A stretch of DNA of 64,000 nucleotides, taken from NCBI GenBank assembly GCA_002269645.1, contig NIVC01002721.1, positions 82,577-146,576 of the forward strand, given 5' to 3'. This DNA comes from Macrostomum lignano (lineage: Eukaryota). Under the pieces are notes generated by a model that was given only the letters and a program-made list of their open reading frames with translations, ran no database searches and was not told the DNA's origin. The first letter of the stretch is position 1; each line of letters begins with the position of its first letter. The translations under genes were made by a program, and so were the position numbers. Shown here in pieces: positions 56,516-64,000 of this stretch.

Positions 56516-58074
56516 AAACTTATAAATCAACGAGGCTGCTTGCGTTTTTTGTGGTGGAGCTATGCAGGGACTTCTAAATTGAACCGAATAGTCTTACTGA
56601 ACATTTTACACACTATACTATAACTTAATCTACGAAAAGTTAACGTAGCAAGCAAAGACGCAAACTTTTCAATAATATGTCCTTTTTATAAATAGTCTAT
56701 GGACGTCGATGACAAGATATGTACTTTAACATTGCACCGACGTGATCAGCCGATGTATGACGTCGTTATCCGTTGATGTAATGTACAAAGCACATGCATT
56801 TTTGTCCTCGACGTCAGACTGCTGTACGTGTTTGAGTAAACAGGCTGCAGAAAGGAAGACAATATTCTATAAAGTGTTAGGTTAGCCTGTGTGACGTATT
56901 AATGTGGCAGCCTCGAGAATAATCAGCGAAGGCAAATGAATACGGCAGAGCGAGAGGCAATTTTGTAGCGGTAGAACTTAATTGGCAATAATATCAGTTA
57001 ATGCGATCAATGGCCGCAGACTTGGTTTTTTGGAACAGTTGTTATTGTCAACAGAGACAGGTCAAAATACAAGTTGGATTCGTAACGATGCACTGGCGGC
57101 TACACAACAATGAATAGATAGCTTAGGTAGTAGAAGTGGCGTGACTGAGAGTGGCAGAGGCGTGGCCTAGGGCCGTGGCGTAGTGAGGCAGGAAGAGAAG
57201 GCAACCAAACAATTAAGAGTGCCGGGCGGCAAGGGTCTACCGGCGGGGACGCAAAGCCAGGCTCCAAGATAATCCCGAGCGCACGGCAAGACAGAACTGA
57301 TAAGGAGCGGGCTGGGGGTGGGTGCGCGAGGAGAACTTAGTAAAATTAATGCGCGGCTTTTCCATTGGCCGGCTGGGAAAAACAGAAAACAGAAATTATC
57401 GATCGCGCGCTGTACGCAGGCTTTACAAATGTACGCAGCTGATTAAAATTCTTTGGGCACTATTTTTTAAGCAGACGTGAGAGAACGAAACTAATAATAT
57501 TGTAGATTGGTACCGTATGTCAAAACGGCTCTTGGCGGGGCTACTTAAACTGACAACGTCACACCTGGATCGATACCCAATTCAACAGATAAACGATCGT
57601 GAAGTGTTGCTAATTGTTTTTGTACTGAATGTAATTGCAATATAGACGTTTTTCTTAGAGCCTGTGCAAACACACTTCACTCCGATAATTAGGCCTACAA
57701 TGAAAACGGAACGAGATCAAGCTAGCTAGATACGGCGCGGGAATTATAATTGCGATCTTTATCGACTAGATGAATTATACGCAGCAAAGTGATAGTGCAT
57801 GCATTGGCCTGCTTGAAAAATTTGGGATAAATAGAGAAATTTTTATAAAAGAAAAGAAAATACATCACCCCCTTTCCATGTATGCTCCGCAGCGTTCAGC
57901 ACATGGAGTTTTGCCTTCAGATATACATGTACATCCCGGATATTGCATGCAGTTTTACATTTACATGCACCCGAACACTGCATTTTTATAATTCCATGTT
58001 CATGTACAATTTAGGGGTCGGCAAACTTTTTTACAGTAATCACCGAGTAATCTATAGCTGCAGACCAGAGTTAA

Positions 58075-58350
58075 GAGAGAGAAGATCAGGCTATGGAGAA
58101 AAAGAGAAGAGGGATAGCAAGGGAGCAAGGAGAGGCAAGGGAGTAAAGAACTGAGGAGAGACAAAATTCGAAGATGAGAGACAAGATGATCGATGAAAGA
58201 AGAGGAGAGGAGAGGAGAGAGGGATCGAGGAGCTGAGATGGGGGGATCGAGAAGAGATACGAGAGGATCGGGGATCGATGAAAAGAAGAGGAGTATAGAA
58301 GGGAGAGAAGATCAGAGAGAAAGAGGAGAGAGAAGATAGAGAGAAAAGCT
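58075..58350. repeat. Purine-rich low-complexity tract
   Basis: GA-rich sequence; gives spurious Leu/Ser/Phe ORFs. Confidence 0.8.
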
Positions 58351-59434
58351 GCAAAGACACAAGCCTTCAGCTGGCCGCATTGCAATTGTGAAGTAATGAA
58401 GTTTCAAAACGACTCAGTACAGTATATATATAGGGCCGCGCCGGCAGGATTTGCTAAGGGGCATAGTAACCCGCCACATGTAACTGCAGTGCCAACACTT
58501 GGACATAGTAGGGGGTCCAGGCACCAGCACATGTACGTACTTGTCCAGTTCGCTAATCCTAGATGCGAGGATACTTAGTGAACCTTGATTTGTTAAGTTT
58601 TTTAGTTTAACCTAGCAACTGCTATATTTTATAATTTCTGTTTAAGATTATGTACCTTTGTTTTTACTGTTTCCTATTGCGCAAATTTAAAACGGTATTC
58701 TGTTTGTTCAAAATCGTGCAGCAGTCATCATGCAGGCTTTATAATTCCTGCATGCTATCTAGGATATAGGATATCTCCTGCTTTTACAGTCGCAGAACAA
58801 ATCTAGTAGATTCTTCTACTACAATACAATAGTTTAACACTAAGTTGATCTATTCTGAAGAATACTCATTTTAAGAATATGCCATGATCTGCAATAACTC
58901 ACTCACAACGCAATGGGCTATTGTATGCTACTTTCAACCAAGATTTTGGTAAGATATAGGCCTACATACAGCCTGATCTGATTATATTTGTATTGCGTAA
59001 TATTGTTAGGCTAGTATATAAATATAAAGTTGCATTCATGTCAGTGTCATTCTTAAAAATGATATTAGAGCTTGGTAGGAAGGTATATTATTTTTGGTAT
59101 AGTTGTGAATTGAATTTTTTGGTAACAGGCTGGCCCATAGATGCCCAACACCCATCCAACCTGTCCGAACCGGATGGGTGAAATGGCTGCCAGCCAAGGC
59201 AAGTCACAAAATTGTAAACGCAAAAAATAAAAAATTGGGGGAAGAAAGAAAGAAGAAAAAAGGGAAAAGAAAGGAGGGACTTGGGAGAAGAGAGAAAGGG
59301 GAAAAGAGGAGAAAGAGAAAGAAAAAGAAGAAAAGAGAAAAATGCAAGAAAAGTCATACAAAGTAAAAATTAAGTTGCAATTAGCAGGAACTAAGTTGCA
59401 AATCTATACAAAACTAAGTCACACTAGATAGGTG

Positions 59435-60489
59435 AAATTTTGGACTTCTTCAAGTTTATGTTGATAAAATAGTTTCAATTTGGATAGGATCATAATTTTG
59501 TCTCTACAGGGGTTTTTGATGGTGCTGATTTCAAATTTGAGCTCCATTTTTAGGTAGCTTTAACCCAATTATATGTAGCTTAAAACCAACCACCGGGGCA
59601 TGGGGAATGGGGGGTTTTAGGGTGGGGAGATTCTTCATGGGGATTGATTTTATCAACATAAACTTGAATAGAGGCATAGAGACCTATTCAAGATTGTGCT
59701 GATAAATTCCAATTCTAATGGGGGGGGGTTGTAGCTTAAAACCACCCACTGGGGCATGGGGAATGGGGGGTTTTAGGGTGGGGAGATTCTTCATAGGGAT
59801 TGATTTTATCAACATAAACTTGAAATTGAATAGAGGCATAGAGACCTACTCAAGATTGTATTGATAAATTCCAATTCTAATAGAGGGGGGGGGGCGGTTG
59901 AAACAAGTTGGAATTTATTTGACAATGAATCTCTGTTTAATTATATCAACATAAACTTGAATCAACATAACTTTATCTAAATGAATTTGCTTACCGAAAT
60001 TAAGTGCTGTTACTGCCTTAATACAATAGAATTAGTAATCTAGCCTTGTACAGTAGTTGGTTTTGAGGTGCGAAATACAAGTGCGAGTTTTGAATGTTGC
60101 TTTAGCTAGGTGCAGTGAAAGTGCAAGTGCAAAGATTGAGCACATTGTGACGTGGCAGTTTTTAAAAAAAAGCACACAGTGACGTGGCAATGTCTATGCA
60201 TTATAACTAAATTGAAAAACTATAATCCGCAAACATAAAAAACATTTGCATATTAATTTGTAGATATTAGTCTACTTTAAGAAAGAAAGAAACTTTTTCT
60301 TACCAAACCTCATTAAGAGAATAGGGAATCAAGTAAATCGTCATTGCATCAACCGTACAGGTAACTTTCTACACTTTTTTTTGCATTTTTGCAATTTTGA
60401 ATCCCCCATAAGTCTCCACCGGAAGTTTCAGAAAAATTGAAAAATCGGAAGTATTTTATCAACATAAACTTGAAGAAGTCCAAAATTTT
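59435..60489. mobile_element. Non-autonomous element with ~37-bp inverted repeats and an internal ~150-bp tandem duplication
   Basis: AAATTTTGGACTTCTTCAAGTTTATGTTGATAAAATA versus TATTTTATCAACATAAACTTGAAGAAGTCCAAAATTT; direct duplication at 59575-59890; ATCAACATAAACTTGA recurs three times internally in addition to both arms. Confidence 0.55.
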
Positions 60490-61942
60490 GAGGTTGGGCA
60501 TATATGGGCTAGTCCTAAGTCTACTAATAAAGGCAAAGAAGGCTATGTTATTTAAATAACTTTGCTAAATAAGCATGCCCTATTATATAAGCCTATGACA
60601 CTAGTAAATTTGTGCACCATTGCACTAGCTCATATGGCATAGTTGTAATGGTATGCTGACACTAAAGTTGTAAAAAATTACTTTTTAACAATGTTTTTTA
60701 AAGTAACTTCCAGTTCTAAGATCTAAGGTAAATAACTTTTGGCACTTGTTCCAATACCAGTACTTACTATAAAAAGTAACTTCTATTACTTCTACTACCA
60801 GTCCTAATTTTAAAGAATTGCCTATTATATTAAAAAGTGCTCAAACATGTCTTTATGAAAAAAGTATATACTAGCCCTAGTCTAGAGTTAAACATGCTAT
60901 TATTCCTCCATAAAGATGCTTTATAATATTTATTATTATTATCACATTGAAAATTTGAGTGAATAAATAAAACCTTTATAAAACAAGGATTAGCCCTATT
61001 AAAATAAATGTAAAAAATCTGCAAACAGGTGACAGGTCAAATTATAGCTCAAAAACACAACATGATATAGAACATGTTAACTTTTGAACTGAATATAGTA
61101 CAGGCTAATACTAATTAGCTAATGAGGAATCTAGCCCTAATAAGACAATCATAGTTATTCTTGCTGTTTACCCAAAAATTGCATTGTGCCAGTACTGGCA
61201 CACTATCTACCTTGACTTCAACTATAATGCAACACTAGAAAGTTCCAAAATTGCAATAGACAATCTACCACGGTTCGGATCGTGTAGTAGTGTACGCCGG
61301 AACAAGAATCCTATCTCAGCTAAATGTATGCCAGTGTATGCCAAAAACAAAAAATTCCCTTAAATGTACGCCAAAAATTCCTCCTAAAAAAGGTCATTTG
61401 GTTTTCACAAGTAGAGTTTTCTAAGAAAGGTTTTTTGTACGAAAAGTCTTTCAAATCTTACGAATATTTTCATTTTAAAAAAACTTAAATTAAACCTACA
61501 GAAAAAAGAATGCAAAATTTACATTCTTAGCAATAATTTACACAAGTTTTATTCATTGTTAATTGTAAAAAAGCAAAAAGTTTATCACTGACTTTTAAGA
61601 CTATATAAATTTTCTTTTCATTTTATGTAAAAACTAAAAAGGGTTAATTTACATTACAATTTTTTTACACGCATCAATTTATTCACCAAAATTGGTACGC
61701 CAAAAATTTCTCGAGCTCAAAGTGGTACGCCAAAGTGGTACGCCAAAATAGCCAAACTTCTCAATGGTACGCCGGAAAATTCCGGCTTACATGTAACCTT
61801 CCTGAGTGTGGCCAATCTAATGCTTTTGTCCACTTATTCCAATAAAGAGGATTAGTAGTATCTAATATATAAAGATACTACATATGTGATTTACCCTATT
61901 GGAATAAATGTTAAAAACCTGTGGACGCGCGCTTTAAGATTA

Positions 61943-62562
61943 TTAGAGATGTTCCAAAAGATCTGCAGTTTCGTCAAAATCAAAATTCGCTAACTTTCCA
62001 AAATCAAAATTGAAATTTCCTGAAATCATAATTCAGAAAAACAAAGTTTAGTATGATCATACATGCGCAACCCCCAAATTTCGGTTGGCCATGCGACTTA
62101 GTTTTAACAAAAATGCGACATACTTTTTGGCCAAAAATGCGACTTACATGTAAAAAAAACCAAAAGCAAAATTAACGCAACTTTGGGTAAACAAAAGGAG
62201 TAACTATGACTGTCTTATTAAGCCAAAATGCCTCATCAGCTACTTAGTATTACTACTTGGGTGTTTTTTCGGGTGGGTATTTTTGCAACTTCCTTAGTTG
62301 GCTGCCAAATCGGTCAGCCAGATTGGCCGACTCGGCCGACTGTTGCGCATGTATGAGTATGATCAACACTCACTTTTTTAGTTTCAATTTACTGCTTAAG
62401 CAGAAAGTAATACATGTATTATGTAGTAGAAAGTAGTTTATTTTTAGCGACTTTTTTGACACTACTAAAATTTTCACTTCTAAATTTTTTTTGAAATTGA
62501 AATTTGCTCTAAAAAATTTCAAATTTTAGAAAATTGAAATTGAATCTTTGGAACATCTCTAA
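61943..62562. mobile_element. Probable older MITE (TIR TTAGAGATGTTCCAAA) hosting a nested insertion
   Basis: TTAGAGATGTTCCAAAAGAT ... ATCTTTGGAACATCTCTAA; no TSD recognised. Confidence 0.45.
62058..62355. mobile_element. hAT-type MITE, copy 3 (298 bp)
   Basis: Same family as 6228 and 9892; exact 8-bp TSD AGTATGAT. Confidence 0.9.
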
Positions 62563-64000
62563 GCTTAATAAATTACAAGTGTATAAGCCCCTTCAACAGA
62601 GGTATTATACCCATTTCCATGTATATGTATTTGCTAGAGCAGCAGGCAGCAGCCAGTAAGAAAGGGCAGCGCACGCACAGGCGCTGCGCCTATGCGCGCA
62701 TTGCACTTTAGAAAAATTTCAAAAGTGTGCCGGACACCATCCGCAGTTTTACAACTTTTCCTATAGGGGTGATTTATAGAATGAAATTCAAAGACAGATT
62801 TTCAAATGTTTATTTTGACTCTAAAGTTATATAAAAACAAGGGCAGATTTAGAGGGAGATAGAGGGTGAGGCAGCTGCCATTTCTATCCCAAAATAGCTT
62901 GATAAAACATATTGTGCCCCCCAAAACCTACAAGGGGCAGTCAAAAAGTTCTTGGACTTTGGTTCATAAAACCAAAAGGGTAAGTCTAGTCAGTTTTAAT
63001 TTTTAGAATTTTTCAAAGTAATCTCCATTAGCATTAATGCAGCAATCCTAGTGCTTTGGCAATTTCTTGATCCTAGCAGCAAACCACTCTAGGTTGACCT
63101 CTAAACCACTTCTCAAGGTCACGCCTAAGCTCCTTTTTATTGCTATAATGCCCACCATGGAGGGCATCCTTCATCAAATTAAAGAGGTAGTAATTGCTAG
63201 GTGCCAGATTAAGGCTGTATAGTGGATGTGGCAGAATTCACCAGTTTTTTCTGCATATTTCTGCCAGTGTAGCTTGGGATATGTGGGGCTGCGCATTGTC
63301 ATATAGCAGAAAAATGCCAACATGCAGTTTCCTAGGTTGGCATTTGACTAGCTGCAACTATAAACCAGCTAGGGATGCCATATAGCACTTAGAGTTAAGG
63401 TCTGGCCTTTCTTTAGGTAGTCAATGAAGATGACTCTTTCACAGTCCTAGAAAATTGTTACCATTTGTTGAGCCTGGTGCGTGGGGTTGGGGTATGCTTT
63501 TACTCTGTGTATTGTTTGTGTTCTTAACTCTGTGCATGTACTCATGGTCTGTGGCTCATGCTCTTTGCACGTCTCTGCTCTATTGTGATTTTAATGTACA
63601 TTGTTGGTGTTTTAGCCCTGGGGTGGGGGTGGCTACTATTGAACCTCGCTTGTAATAAATCGTATTGTTGGTTGTTGGTGCACTTGGCACTTTTGTCTCG
63701 TCTCGCATACTCTCAGCTCATGACTTGTTCATTTCAACACCATTGTTTTAGTGACAGCTGGTACTGCCTTGGCCTTGGTTGGAGAGGGCTCTCCAAGGGC
63801 CACCCAAACTTTGGACTGCTGTTTAGTTTTAGGGTTGTAGTGTGGTAACTAGGTTTTGTCAGTGGTACAGGTTTTGTCAGTGGTAACAAAATTATAATAA
63901 ATAATAATCTAGTAATAAGATCACCTCTTTTTTACCTCTTTATAATTGTACTGTAAGTATTTTGGTGAAAGTTTTCCACTTTTGGAATATATTTAGTGCT

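Noticed and set aside
57100-57420. GC-rich island with an ATTGG (CCAAT) box, possible promoter or first exon
   Set aside because: No ORF, splice partner or downstream gene could be tied to it within the window.

Overview
Eukaryotic (animal, probably invertebrate; a flatworm such as Macrostomum is a guess from style only) genomic DNA: GC-rich exons in AT-rich, repeat-dense intergenic sequence with GT-AG introns. No prokaryotic operons, CRISPR arrays, rRNA or intact tRNA genes were seen. Conserved genes: the 5' part of an STK32/YANK kinase (- strand, runs off the left edge) and an HSPA12-like atypical Hsp70 (+). Lineage-specific content: a tandem F-box pair (one intact, one pseudogene), an intronless ParB/Srx-fold ORF, and a secreted PAN-like protein. 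The most notable region is 23.7-38 kb. It holds four very divergent small secreted proteins that share C-x5-[WY] and [LI]G-x17-GG-x-C motifs, and three of the four start with an exon ending in ATG followed by GTAAG. They are interleaved with two intronless calpain paralogs, one with an intact catalytic triad and one predicted dead, arranged twice as a tight calpain-then-secreted-gene pair. Mobile DNA: three RTE-like LINE copies (one with a twin-priming-type inversion), an intron-containing Ginger/GIN-like integrase, a 1.9-kb TIR element, hAT-type MITEs with 8-bp TSDs, foldback elements, a tRNA-derived SINE and many minisatellites. All calls were made by eye from sequence and ORF translations; no database search was run.
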